The notes under the pieces: model-generated
Database searches by the model: none
What the model was told of the DNA's origin: nothing
The model's input: only the letters and a program-made list of their open reading frames with translations
Translations under genes and position numbers: made by a program
NCBI GenBank assembly: GCA_039932235.1
Contig: JBDTQJ010000003.1
Coordinates: 1-39,996, forward strand
Direction: 5' to 3'
Source: Chloroflexota bacterium
GTDB taxonomy: Bacteria > Chloroflexota > Limnocylindria > QHBO01
Length of the DNA stretch: 39,996 bases
Shown: in pieces, positions 1 to 9,115 of the stretch
Layout: each line of letters begins with the position of its first letter
How positions within the stretch are numbered: position 1 is the stretch's first letter

Positions 1-8
1 CTGCGTGG

Positions 9-1490
9 TCAGGGTCGCGCGGCGCGACGGTGCCCGAGGCCGCGGACCATGGCCGACGGGGGATGCTCCCCGGCGATGATGGCGGCGAGGGTGGCGATGC
101 TCTCCTCGATGGCCGACTCGGGGACCATCGCGAAGCCGATCACCAGGCCGGTGGGACGCCCGGCGGGGATGGGCGCCTCGCGGTCATGAAAGCCGCCGAT
201 GCCCGCCAGCCACAGGCCGTGGCGCCACGCGCGGCGCACGATCTGGCGCTCGCGGATCGGCCGCGGCGGCTCGAGGTAGACCTGCAGGCCGGCAGCCACG
301 CCGCGGACCCGCCAGCTGGGCAGATGGGTGGCGATCGCGGCGAGGGTGACGTCACGGCGGCGCCGGTAGGCCATGCGCGCGCGACGCACGTGACGCGCCA
401 GGGTCCCGTCCTCGATGAGCTCGGCGAAGATGAGCTGGTCGATGGTCGGCGAGCCGAAGTCGTCATACGCCTTCTCGAGCGCCACCTCCCGGGCGAGCCA
501 GGTCGGCGGCGCCGCCCATCCCAGGCGCAGCCCCGGCGCCAGCAGCTTGCTCGCCGACCCGAGATACGCCACCCGGTCCGGCGCGAGGCCCTGCAGCGAA
601 GCGACCGCCTGGCGGTCGTAGCGGAACTCCGCGTCGTAGTCGTCCTCGATGATCAGGCGGGCCGCCTCGCCCCTGCCCGCGGCGCGCGCCCACCCGACCA
701 GCGCCCGCCGGCGAGGCGCGGAGAGCACCGTGCCGGTCGGGTACTGGTGCGCAGGGGTCACGAGCACCGCGGCGGCGCCCGACGACTCGAGCGCGGCCAC
801 GTCGATGCCCTCGTGGTCCACGGGGATCGGCAGCGGCTCCAGCCCGGTCCGCCGGATGAGGGCGCGCTCGGAGGTGTTGGGCCCCGGATCCTCGACCGCC
901 AGGACCGTATCGCCGCGGCGCTGCAGGGCGCGGCAGATGAGTGCCAATGACTGGGTGACGCCGGCGGTCACCACCAGGTCATCGGGCCGAGTCGCGACGG
1001 CGCGCGTCCGGGCGAGGTACGCGGTCAGCGCCGCGCGCAGGCTGGGCTGTCCGGACGGATCGCCGTACTGCAGGACGCCCAGCGGCGCGGTGCGCGCCAC
1101 GCGTGCGGCGGCCCGTGCCCAGGCGTCCCACGGAAAGAGGCTCACGTCGGGGCCGCCCGGACGCAGGTCGAACGTCGCCTCGCTGACGGCCGGAGCGTGA
1201 GCCGGCGTCGGGGCGCCGGCATCCGATGCGACCCGAGTTGCCGAACCGGGCTGGCTGGTCACGAACCCCTCCGCCGCGAGGCGTCCGTAGGCCTCGACCA
1301 CGCTGGCTCGCGAGATCCCCAGCTCGGTCGCCAGCTGGCGAGTGGCCGGCAGCGATTCGCCGGCTCGCAATCGCCCGTCCCGAATCGCGCCGCGCAGCGA
1401 CGCCTGCAGCGACCGGACGACCGCGCCGCGCCGCCGTTCGACCTCGAGGAGGAGCTCTCCGCCACCACGCATGGCCATTCGACCGTCCAT
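9..1490 (-). CDS. MocR/GabR-family regulator (GntR HTH + PLP-dependent aminotransferase domain)
   Basis: HTH LPATRQLATELGISRASVVEAY; IIEDDYDAEFRY and PLP-lysine motif GSASKLLAPGLRLGW. The start is uncertain (ATG at 1490, 1478 or 1472). Confidence 0.92.
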   Translation of the reverse strand: MDGRMAMRGGGELLLEVERRRGAVVRSLQASLRGAIRDGRLRAGESLPATRQLATELGISRASVVEAYGRLAAEGFVTSQPGSATRVASDAGAPTPAHAPAVSEATFDLRPGGPDVSLFPWDAWARAAARVARTAPLGVLQYGDPSGQPSLRAALTAYLARTRAVATRPDDLVVTAGVTQSLALICRALQRRGDTVLAVEDPGPNTSERALIRRTGLEPLPIPVDHEGIDVAALESSGAAAVLVTPAHQYPTGTVLSAPRRRALVGWARAAGRGEAARLIIEDDYDAEFRYDRQAVASLQGLAPDRVAYLGSASKLLAPGLRLGWAAPPTWLAREVALEKAYDDFGSPTIDQLIFAELIEDGTLARHVRRARMAYRRRRDVTLAAIATHLPSWRVRGVAAGLQVYLEPPRPIRERQIVRRAWRHGLWLAGIGGFHDREAPIPAGRPTGLVIGFAMVPESAIEESIATLAAIIAGEHPPSAMVRGLGHRRAARP

Positions 1491-1539
1491 CACACGTCGT
1501 ATCGTCGCGGCGCGCCGAAGGTTCGCCCCGTGCTGCGTG

Positions 1540-1566
1540 GAGCCTCCACGAGCCATTGGTGTGACA
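1540..1566 (-). promoter_or_regulatory. Candidate ECF-sigma promoter TGTCAC-N18-CTC facing the MocR gene
   Basis: Minus strand reads tGTCAC accaatggctcgtggagg CTC; same spacing as three other copies. Confidence 0.5.
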
Positions 1567-1621
1567 ACCCTGCTCCGCCGCGCCCGGTCAGGCAGGCCAG
1601 ATGCGCGTCCGCGCGGCGGCG

Positions 1622-1648
1622 CGTCACACTCCGTCGCGGTGGCGGCTC
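1622..1648 (+). promoter_or_regulatory. Candidate ECF-sigma promoter CGTCAC-N18-CTC, 9 nt before the S41 lipoprotein ATG
   Basis: cGTCAC actccgtcgcggtggcgg CTC gaagccctg ATG. Confidence 0.6.
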
Positions 1649-1657
1649 GAAGCCCTG

Positions 1658-2938
1658 ATGAACGCGCTGCTCCGCTCCGCACGCTCGCTGCTGCTGCTCT
1701 GCCTGCTTGCCACCGCGTGCGGCGCCCCGCGGGCGACGTCGAGCGCCGGGTCCGATCTGCCCGGGCGGCCCGATGCGGCGGGTGTCGCGGCTGCCAGGGC
1801 CGACCTCGACAGGTACCTCAAACGCCTCGAGGCGATCCATCCGGAACCCTTCCACGGCATCGATCGTGGCGTCTTCGTCGCCGAGCTGGACGAGCTGAAG
1901 GCGGCCCTGCCGACCCTGTCGCGGGAGCAGGCCATGGTCGAGCTGATGCGCGCGACCGCGCTGCTCAGCCGGGCCGGACGCGACGGGCACCAGATCGCGC
2001 TGCCGCTGCCCGAGGATGGCGGCATGCTGCTCCCGATGCGTGCCTTCGAGTTCGCGGACGGCCTCTTCGTCACGGCATCCCACCCTTCCGCCGAGCCTCT
2101 CGTGGGGGCGCGGGTGACCGCGCTCAACGGCCACCCCATCGAGGAGGTGCTCGACGCACTCGAGCCGCTCGTCCCGCGCGACAGCCCGGCGACGGTGGCG
2201 AACTTCCGTCCCGTCTTCATGTCGCGCGTCGACGTCCTGCGCGGGCTCGGGCTCCTCGGTGCAGCGGCGACCGTGCCGCTGACGGTCGAAGAGGACGGCG
2301 CTGAGCGGACCGTGTCGCTCGAGCCGATCACCTTTGACGCGTACCGCGACTGGTCCGGCGACCTGGGCGTCTTCCGCCTCCCATCGGCGGACGACGATCC
2401 GACCTTCAGCGTCGAGGAGCTGGCCGCGTCGCACACCCTCTACATCCGCTACAGCCAGGTCCAGCGCATCCCGGTCGAGGACCTGGCCGCGATCCGCGAG
2501 CGCGCCGCCGCCCCGGACATCGAGCGCGTGGTGCTCGACCTGCGACAGAACCCCGGCGGCGACAACCATTCCTATCCGCCGCTCCTCGCGGCGCTGCAGG
2601 CGGAGGGCGTCGACGTGCCCGGCCGGCTCTACGTGTTGACCGATCACACCACCTTTTCGGCCGCAGCCAACCTGGCCTCCGAGCTCGAGCGCACGACCGA
2701 TGCGGTCTTCGCCGGCGATCCGATGGGCGGCGGCATCAACTTCTGGGACGACGTCTCCTTCGTCAGGCTCGACGCCTGGCCGATCCCGATGCAGGTCGGC
2801 GTCTCGACCCGCTACTGGCAGATGGGCCTCCCCGATGACCCGCGGCTGACGATCGAGCCTGACCTGGCGGTCCCGTTGACTGCCGCGGACTACTTCGCCG
2901 GCCGTGACGCGGTGCTCGAGGCGGTGCTCGCCCAGTAG
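1658..2938 (+). CDS. S41-family peptidase, lipoprotein
   Basis: Lipobox LLATAC; PDZ-like segment VTALNGHPIEEV; S41 motifs VLDLRQNPGG, LTDHTTFSAA and IEPD. Confidence 0.85.
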   Translation: MNALLRSARSLLLLCLLATACGAPRATSSAGSDLPGRPDAAGVAAARADLDRYLKRLEAIHPEPFHGIDRGVFVAELDELKAALPTLSREQAMVELMRATALLSRAGRDGHQIALPLPEDGGMLLPMRAFEFADGLFVTASHPSAEPLVGARVTALNGHPIEEVLDALEPLVPRDSPATVANFRPVFMSRVDVLRGLGLLGAAATVPLTVEEDGAERTVSLEPITFDAYRDWSGDLGVFRLPSADDDPTFSVEELAASHTLYIRYSQVQRIPVEDLAAIRERAAAPDIERVVLDLRQNPGGDNHSYPPLLAALQAEGVDVPGRLYVLTDHTTFSAAANLASELERTTDAVFAGDPMGGGINFWDDVSFVRLDAWPIPMQVGVSTRYWQMGLPDDPRLTIEPDLAVPLTAADYFAGRDAVLEAVLAQ

Positions 2939-2974
2939 CGGCCGTGCGCAGGCGCCTGCTACGGTGCGCGCGCC

Positions 2975-4303
2975 GTGAACGACGACGATCTCCGCCGCCT
3001 CCTCTCGCGCCGTGCCCTCCTGGTCGGTGGGGCGCTGGGCTTGGGTGCCTTCCTGGCCGAGGCAGGCGGCAACGTGGTGCGCGCGGCGATCGCACCGCAC
3101 CCCGACATTCGCGAACCGCGGCTCATCACCGGGCGTGGATCCAAGGTCTGGGACCCGGATCCGTACGTCACCCCGGAGCACCTGGCGCCTCGTGCCGCGC
3201 CGGTGCGCGGGGCGCAGCCGACCATGACCGCAGAATTCCGGCGCCCGGGGCTGCGCACCAAGATCGGCCAGATGCTCCTCGTCGGCTTCCGCGGCACGAC
3301 GGCGGACGCGCGCAGCCCGATCGTGGCCGAGATCACCCGCAACGCGGTCGGCGGCGTCGTCCTCTTCGATCGCATCGGCAGCCGGGCCTCGACCGTCCGC
3401 AACATCAGCTCGCCGACGCAGCTCCGCGCCCTGGTGGCCACGCTGCAGGCCGCGGGCATGGCCACGCCTCCGGGGGCGCCGCTCATCGTGGCCATCGATC
3501 AGGAGGGCGGCAGCGTGGCGCGGCTCGGCCCGCGGTTTGGCTTCCCCGCCACGTACACCGCGGCCAGCCTGGGATCGCGCAACGACCCGGCGTTCACGCG
3601 GGCGCAGGGCGAGGCCATCGCGCACACCCTGGCCTCGATGGGCATCAACCTCAACCTGGCGCCGGTCGTGGACGTCAACATCAACCCGCGCAACCCGGCC
3701 ATCGGGCGCAACGGGCGCAGCTTCTCGTCCGACCCACGCCGCGTGATCGTCCACGCCGGCGCGTTCATCGAGGGCCACCACGCAGCCGGGGTGCGCACGA
3801 CGCTCAAGCACTTCCCGGGGCAGGGGAGCGCGGCGGGCGACACGCACCTCGGCGTGGTGGACGTCACGCGTCGCTGGACCGATGCCGAGCTCGGCCCGTT
3901 CGATGCGCTCGTCGGCTCCGGCCAGGCGGACGCGGTGATGACCGGCCACATCTTCAATGCACGCCTCGATCCCGACCACCCCGCGACACTCTCGTCGGCC
4001 GTGGTGACGGGGCTGCTGCGCCAGCGGCTGGGCTTCGGCGGGGTGGTCATCAGCGACGACATGCAGATGGGCGCCATCCGGGCCGCCGACAGCTGGGACG
4101 AGGCCGTCGCGCTGGCCATCGATGCCGGCGTCGACATGCTCACCATCGCCGATCCGCCGACCCGCGGTGCGAGCCTGGTCACGCGCACCATCGACCTGAT
4201 CGAGGACCAGGTGGCGGCGGGGCGCATCAGCGAGGCGCGCATCGATGCGTCGTACGATCGGATCCAGGCCCTCAAGGCAACCCTCCTCCACGCTCCGCGC
4301 TGA
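2975..4303 (+). CDS. GH3 beta-N-acetylhexosaminidase (NagZ-like) with Tat signal
   Basis: SRRALL Tat motif; IDQEGG, KHFPGQGSAAGDTH and VISDDMQMGA. Confidence 0.88.
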   Translation: MNDDDLRRLLSRRALLVGGALGLGAFLAEAGGNVVRAAIAPHPDIREPRLITGRGSKVWDPDPYVTPEHLAPRAAPVRGAQPTMTAEFRRPGLRTKIGQMLLVGFRGTTADARSPIVAEITRNAVGGVVLFDRIGSRASTVRNISSPTQLRALVATLQAAGMATPPGAPLIVAIDQEGGSVARLGPRFGFPATYTAASLGSRNDPAFTRAQGEAIAHTLASMGINLNLAPVVDVNINPRNPAIGRNGRSFSSDPRRVIVHAGAFIEGHHAAGVRTTLKHFPGQGSAAGDTHLGVVDVTRRWTDAELGPFDALVGSGQADAVMTGHIFNARLDPDHPATLSSAVVTGLLRQRLGFGGVVISDDMQMGAIRAADSWDEAVALAIDAGVDMLTIADPPTRGASLVTRTIDLIEDQVAAGRISEARIDASYDRIQALKATLLHAPR

Positions 4304-4337
4304 GCGGGGTGGCATGCGCGGTGCAGATCAACGGAGG

Positions 4338-4766
4338 ATGCAGACACTGAGCGAAGAGCTGACCGCGGTGCGGTTCAGCGCCCCCATGCGGGAGTTCCTC
4401 GACGAGGTCCAGCCCGCCATCATCGGTACCACGCGTGCCGACGGCACCATCCAGATGAACCCGATCTGGTACGAGCGCCGCGACGACGAGATCTGGATCA
4501 ACGGCACCGGCAGCCGGAAGTGGGGCCAGCGTCTCGCCGCCAACACCCCGGTGACCCTGATCATGGTCAGCCCCGCCAACATGTGGCGCTGGGCCCAGAT
4601 CCAGGGCGTGGTGCTGGAGAAGAGCTACGACGGTGGCGAGGCGCACATCGATCGCCTGTCGCAGCGCTATCTCGGCACCCAGTACCGAAACCACCAGCCG
4701 GACGATCCGCGTCTCGTGCTGCGCATCGAGCCGATCCGCATCACCGGGACGATCGACGCCGAATAG
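4338..4766 (+). CDS. PPOX-class (pyridoxamine 5'-phosphate oxidase-like) F420/FMN-dependent oxidoreductase
   Basis: IGTTRADGTIQMNPIWY, QIQG and HIDRLSQRYLG..Y typical of the PPOX class; start approximate. Confidence 0.8.
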   Translation: MQTLSEELTAVRFSAPMREFLDEVQPAIIGTTRADGTIQMNPIWYERRDDEIWINGTGSRKWGQRLAANTPVTLIMVSPANMWRWAQIQGVVLEKSYDGGEAHIDRLSQRYLGTQYRNHQPDDPRLVLRIEPIRITGTIDAE

Positions 4767-4791
4767 GGCGCGACCCCGCCCCACGGGTGAC

Positions 4792-4822
4792 CGCCCCGGT
4801 CCGCATCACGCGGGCCGGGGCG
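4792..4822. terminator. GC-rich hairpin between convergent genes (possible bidirectional terminator)
   Basis: cgccccggtccgc-atcac-gcgggccggggcg, 13-bp stem with one G-U pair; no U-tract. Confidence 0.55.
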
Positions 4823-4840
4823 CATCGGTATGCGGGCGGC

Positions 4841-5446
4841 TCAGCCCTCGACGAGCGGCAGGTCGACGAGGTGCTCGCCGACGAACCAGACCTGGAGCTC
4901 GTTGGTGCGCAGCACGTCGCCCATCAGGAGGTCGTTGCTGCCCCAGTCCTTGTTCTTCTCGGTGGTCTCGATGGCGTCGCGGACCTTGCCGAGGATCGTC
5001 TCGTGGGCCTGCAGCAGGCGCGTGATCTGGGCCGGCACGTCCTCGGCGCCGTCAGGCGCGCGCTCGATGGTGGTCAGCTCCGCCGCGTGACGCGGGTCGC
5101 CGACGGCCACGCCGCCCAACAGCTGGACGCGCTCGGCCAACTGGTCGATGAGCGCGGTCTGCTCCTCCGCGTGCTTGTCGAACAGGAGGTGGAGCTGGTA
5201 GAAGGTCGGGCCGGCAACGTTCCAATGGTGCTTCTTGTACAGCGCGTACAGGATGGTCGAGTCGGCGAGGATCTCGTTCAGGACCGTGCAGCTCTCCCTG
5301 CGCGCCTTGTCCTCGAGCGCAATCGGGAGGTCGCGCAGGGTGCCGAAGCGCTGGACCTCGACGCCGAGCTTCGCGTACTGCGGTGATGCCGAGCTGCGGC
5401 CACTGCCGCGTCCGTTGCTGGTTGCCCTGGTGGTCGTTGTCGCCAT
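4841..5446 (-). CDS. dps: Dps (DNA protection during starvation) ferritin-like protein
   Basis: YKKHHWNVAGPTFYQLHLLFD and DQLAERV ferroxidase motifs; Thr/Arg/Ser-rich N-terminal tail; GAGG SD-like site. Confidence 0.93.
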   Translation of the reverse strand: MATTTTRATSNGRGSGRSSASPQYAKLGVEVQRFGTLRDLPIALEDKARRESCTVLNEILADSTILYALYKKHHWNVAGPTFYQLHLLFDKHAEEQTALIDQLAERVQLLGGVAVGDPRHAAELTTIERAPDGAEDVPAQITRLLQAHETILGKVRDAIETTEKNKDWGSNDLLMGDVLRTNELQVWFVGEHLVDLPLVEG

Positions 5447-5566
5447 GTGCTTCGTCCTCGGTCTCGCGCTTGTCGGGGATGGTCAATTGTCACCCTCGGA
5501 CAGCGCAGGACCGATGCCAGACCGGGTTTGGAACGCGACAGGCGCGCGACGTGCACACTCCGATGC

Positions 5567-7225
5567 ATGCTGACCGATAGCCTGGGTGACCTCGCTGCCG
5601 CGCTCGAGCGTCGCGCCGCAGCCGCGCCGGGGCCGAACCGCGCCGCGCGCGCCGAGCGACTGCGCCGCCATGTCGTCGACTATCTCCTGCCCCGGGCGGC
5701 CAGCCTCGATGCGCCGCTGGTGGTGGTGCTCCTCGGCTCAACCGGCAGCGGCAAGTCCAGCCTCTTCAACGCCCTGGCGGGGCGCGCCGTCAGCCCGTCG
5801 GGGGTCCTGCGTCCGACGACCCGCCGCCCGGTGGTCCTCGTCCACCCCGACGACGCGGCCGGGCCGCTGCTCCCCGGGCTGACGGCCCGCGACGCGCTTG
5901 ACGTTCGCGCCGATCCCACGGCGCGCCGTGGCCTGGTGTTCGTCGACGCGCCGGACTTCGACAGCGTGGAGCTCGCCAACCGGGAGCTGGCGGTGGAGCT
6001 CCTCGAGGCGGCCGATCTGGTCGTCTTCGTCTCGACCGCGACCCGCTACGCCGACCAGGTGCCGTGGGCGATCCTGGGCCGCGTCCGGCAGCGCGGCGTG
6101 CCGTTGCTCGCGGTGCTCAACCGCCTCCCCGCCGATGCCGACGACGCAGCCGCCGTACTCGCCGACTACCGGCATCTGCTGCAACGCGGCCAGCTTGATG
6201 ACGCGGGCGCCTTCGGCGCGCTGGAGGTGGTGCCCGTGCTGGAGGGCGCCGTCGACCCCGTCGCGGACGCGCTCGACGCCCCGTCAATCGCTCCACTGCG
6301 CGAGGCGTTCGACCGCCTGGTGGCGGACGATGTCGCCCGGCGCGAGATGGCGAAGCGCAGCCTGGAGGCTGCCCTCGCCGGCCTGCCCGAGGCGGTCGCC
6401 GAGATCGCGGCGCAGGTCGATGACGAGCAGGCATCGGTCGCGGAGCTCCTCGCGGCGGCGCAGGGTGGGTATCGCGAGCGGCGCGCGGCGCTCGGTGACG
6501 AGATCGCGCGCGGCGCGTTCATGCGTGCCGAGGTGCTGCGCCAATGGCACGATTTCGTGGGCGCCGGCCAGGTGGCGCGCGTGCTTGCGCAGGGCGTGGG
6601 TCGCATCGGCGCGACCCTGCGCGGCCTGATCCGCCCCGGCCCCCCGGCACCGGCCGTGGAGGTCCGGGAGGCGGCCTTCGCCGACCTCGTCGCCCTCACC
6701 ACCCAGCATGCCGATGCCGCCGCCCAGCGCACGGCCGTCACCTGGGCGGAGGATCGCTACGGTGCTGCCGCGCTCGCCGCCGACGCCAGCCTGTGGGGTG
6801 CCTCCCCGGCCCTCGGCGAGCGCCTGGGTGGCGACCTGGAGGGGTGGGCCGCCGAGATCGGGCGCGAGATCCGCGAGCTTGGTGAGCAACGGCGGGGCTG
6901 GGCGCGGGTGGCGAGCATCGGGGTCAATGCGCTGGGCACCTCGGCCGTCCTGGCGGTGTTCGTCCATACCGGCGGGCTGACCGGGGCCGAGGTGGGGATC
7001 ACTGCCGCCACCGCCGTCGTCAACCAGAAGCTGCTCGAGGCGCTCTTCGGCGAGGCGAACGTGGCCGCCTTCGTGACCCGCGCCCGCGGCCGGCTGACCG
7101 CCATCCTGGACGCGGCCTTCACCGATGAGCGGGTGCGCTTCGACGCGGCGCTCGGCACGGCCGCGGACCCGGGCCTGGCCGATGCGCTGCGGACTGCCGC
7201 GCAGGGAGCGATGACGGCACCGTGA
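5567..7225 (+). CDS. Dynamin-like GTPase, subunit A of a tandem pair
   Basis: G1 GSTGSGKS, G2 RPTT, G3 DAPD, G4 LNR; long helical region and a hydrophobic paddle (VNALGTSAVLAVFV...). Confidence 0.8.
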   Translation: MLTDSLGDLAAALERRAAAAPGPNRAARAERLRRHVVDYLLPRAASLDAPLVVVLLGSTGSGKSSLFNALAGRAVSPSGVLRPTTRRPVVLVHPDDAAGPLLPGLTARDALDVRADPTARRGLVFVDAPDFDSVELANRELAVELLEAADLVVFVSTATRYADQVPWAILGRVRQRGVPLLAVLNRLPADADDAAAVLADYRHLLQRGQLDDAGAFGALEVVPVLEGAVDPVADALDAPSIAPLREAFDRLVADDVARREMAKRSLEAALAGLPEAVAEIAAQVDDEQASVAELLAAAQGGYRERRAALGDEIARGAFMRAEVLRQWHDFVGAGQVARVLAQGVGRIGATLRGLIRPGPPAPAVEVREAAFADLVALTTQHADAAAQRTAVTWAEDRYGAAALAADASLWGASPALGERLGGDLEGWAAEIGREIRELGEQRRGWARVASIGVNALGTSAVLAVFVHTGGLTGAEVGITAATAVVNQKLLEALFGEANVAAFVTRARGRLTAILDAAFTDERVRFDAALGTAADPGLADALRTAAQGAMTAP

Positions 7226-8820
7226 TCGACCCGCTCGAGGCACGCCTCGCCGCCCTGCGGGTCGCCGCCACCGCGATCCGCTCGATCGGGCTCGAGGACC
7301 CAGCCATCGCCGCCGAATCGGTGGCACGTCGCGTGGACCAGCGAGCGGGGTTCGGCGGCACGGCCTACGTGATGGCGCTTGCCGGCGGGACCGGGGTCGG
7401 GAAGTCGTCGCTGCTCAACGCGCTGGCCGGCCACACGGTCAGCGCGGTGCGCGCGATCCGGCCGACAACCGACGAGCCGCTCGCCTGGCTGGCCGATGGC
7501 GTGCGCCACCAGGCCGCGCCGCTCCTCGACTGGCTCGGGGTGCGACACGCGGTCGGGCACGCGGATGCCGAGCTGGCCTCGGTGGTGATCCTCGACCTGC
7601 CCGACGTGGACAGCGTTCGCGGGGAGCACCGTGCCACGGTCGACGAGATCCTGCCGCGCATCGATGCCGTGACCTGGGTCGCGGATCCTGAGAAGTACGA
7701 CGACCAGCGGTTGCACACGTATCTGCGTTCGCTCGCGGGCCACGCGGATCGGATGCGCTTCGTGCTCAACAAGGCGGATCGGCTGACGGCCGAACAGGGC
7801 GCCGCACTCGCGGCCGACTGGGCGCGACGGCTGGCCGAGGACGGGATCCCGGACGCCCGTGTGCATGTGGTCTCGAGCACCACGCTGGCCGGCATTCCCG
7901 AGCTGCGATCGACCATCGCGCGCGCCGCCGACGCCAAGGCCGACCTCGCCGCCAAGGCGCACGCCGACGTGCGCGATGCAGTGCTGGACCTGGCGGCGGC
8001 GGCGGGCGTTCGTCCCGATGCACCCCGCGAGCCGCTCATTCCGCCCCAGCGCCTGGCCCTCGCCATCGACGCTGCGACCAGCGGCGCGCTCGCAGTCGTC
8101 GATCCGGCCGGCGTCGCGCGCCAGGTACGCGCGGCCGTGCTTGCCGGCGTTCGACATCGGGGCGGGTCGCTCCTTGGCCGGGCGCTGGCGCTCCTGGCCT
8201 GGATGACCGGCCAGCAGCGTCGCTCTGCGGATCCGCGTGCCTACCTGCTCGACTGGCGGCGCCGCGGCTCGCTCGGCCGAGTGGTCAACCCGCTGCGCGC
8301 GCTCCTGGTCGAAGCGGCGGCAGGCCTCCCCGCCGACTCGCGGCCGGCGATCCTCGGGACGCTCGGCGCCGACGCGCCCGAAGCGATGGTGAGCAGAACG
8401 CTGGACGCAAGCGCGGCGCAGGCGGCCGCCGGCCTGCGGATTCCCGGTTCTTGGATCTGGCCGGTGGTGGGCGCCGTGCAGCTGGTCATCGGGGCCGTGT
8501 TCCTGTTCGCGGCGGCGTGGTACCTGACCCTCTTCGTCGGCGGGGGCCAGGTGCCGGTGGGTGCCTTCGACCTGCCGGTCGTCGGGCCCGTCCCGGTCCC
8601 GCTGGCGCTGCTCGTCGGTTCGGTGGCGGGGAGCGGTCTGCTCGGCTGGCTCACCGGGCTGCACGCGGGGCTCATCGGACGGCGCGTGGGACGCCGGGTG
8701 GCGCAGCGCGTCGAGGCGGCGGTCCGAACGTCGATCGAGGAGGTCGGCCTGGAGGACCTGCGCCGCGTCGAAGCGGCCCGAATGCACGTCGCGGACGCGC
8801 TCGATCTCCTGGAGCGCTGA
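7222..8820 (+). CDS. Dynamin-like GTPase, subunit B, with two C-terminal TM helices
   Basis: G1 GGTGVGKS, RPTT, DLPD, NKAD; GTGA overlap with the upstream GTPase; TM segments near the C-terminus. Confidence 0.8.
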   Translation: MIDPLEARLAALRVAATAIRSIGLEDPAIAAESVARRVDQRAGFGGTAYVMALAGGTGVGKSSLLNALAGHTVSAVRAIRPTTDEPLAWLADGVRHQAAPLLDWLGVRHAVGHADAELASVVILDLPDVDSVRGEHRATVDEILPRIDAVTWVADPEKYDDQRLHTYLRSLAGHADRMRFVLNKADRLTAEQGAALAADWARRLAEDGIPDARVHVVSSTTLAGIPELRSTIARAADAKADLAAKAHADVRDAVLDLAAAAGVRPDAPREPLIPPQRLALAIDAATSGALAVVDPAGVARQVRAAVLAGVRHRGGSLLGRALALLAWMTGQQRRSADPRAYLLDWRRRGSLGRVVNPLRALLVEAAAGLPADSRPAILGTLGADAPEAMVSRTLDASAAQAAAGLRIPGSWIWPVVGAVQLVIGAVFLFAAAWYLTLFVGGGQVPVGAFDLPVVGPVPVPLALLVGSVAGSGLLGWLTGLHAGLIGRRVGRRVAQRVEAAVRTSIEEVGLEDLRRVEAARMHVADALDLLER

Positions 8821-8922
8821 ACGCCGTCGGACCTTGCTCCGCCTGGTGCCATGACGAATGACGTAGTGCGCGTGCGCACCACGGCCGTCGACCGCGGCAC
8901 GCCGCATGCGTAGGGTCGTCGC

Positions 8923-9048
8923 ATGCTCCGCCACGAACCCATCACCGAGCGCAGGTCCACCGTCTCCGACACCGAGCTCGGGATTGCCGTCGTGCTGCTG
9001 GGCCTCGTCCTCATCTTGGCCGTCATCGTCGTCCCGCTGGTCGGCTGA
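8923..9048 (+). CDS. 41-aa single-TM small protein (absent from the ORF track)
   Basis: MLRHEPITERRSTVSDTELGIAVVLLGLVLILAVIVVPLVG*; TAGGGT box 6 nt upstream; GC3-rich codons. Confidence 0.6.
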   Translation: MLRHEPITERRSTVSDTELGIAVVLLGLVLILAVIVVPLVG

Positions 9049-9072
9049 CCCGCGCCCCGCGCGGGGAGCGGC

Positions 9073-9106
9073 TCCCAGAGGATTCCCAGCCACGGGGCGC
9101 TAGCAT
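9073..9106 (+). promoter_or_regulatory. OmpR-type tandem repeat TCCCAG-N5-TCCCAG plus -10 box TAGCAT
   Basis: Direct hexamer repeat with 11-bp period at 9073-9089, just upstream of the response regulator. Confidence 0.55.
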
Positions 9107-9115
9107 GGCCACACC

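Noticed and set aside
1490-4315. 941-aa minus-strand ORF, and similar long ORFs at 6757-9093, 11781-13724, 29586-31196 and 32053-34134
   Set aside because: These are shadow or alternative-frame ORFs over well-supported genes. They are Arg/Gly/Ala-rich with no motifs, as expected at this GC content.
8923-9048. Flp/type IV pilin identity for the small TM protein
   Set aside because: It lacks the G-x4-EY prepilin cleavage motif and no tad/pil genes are nearby.
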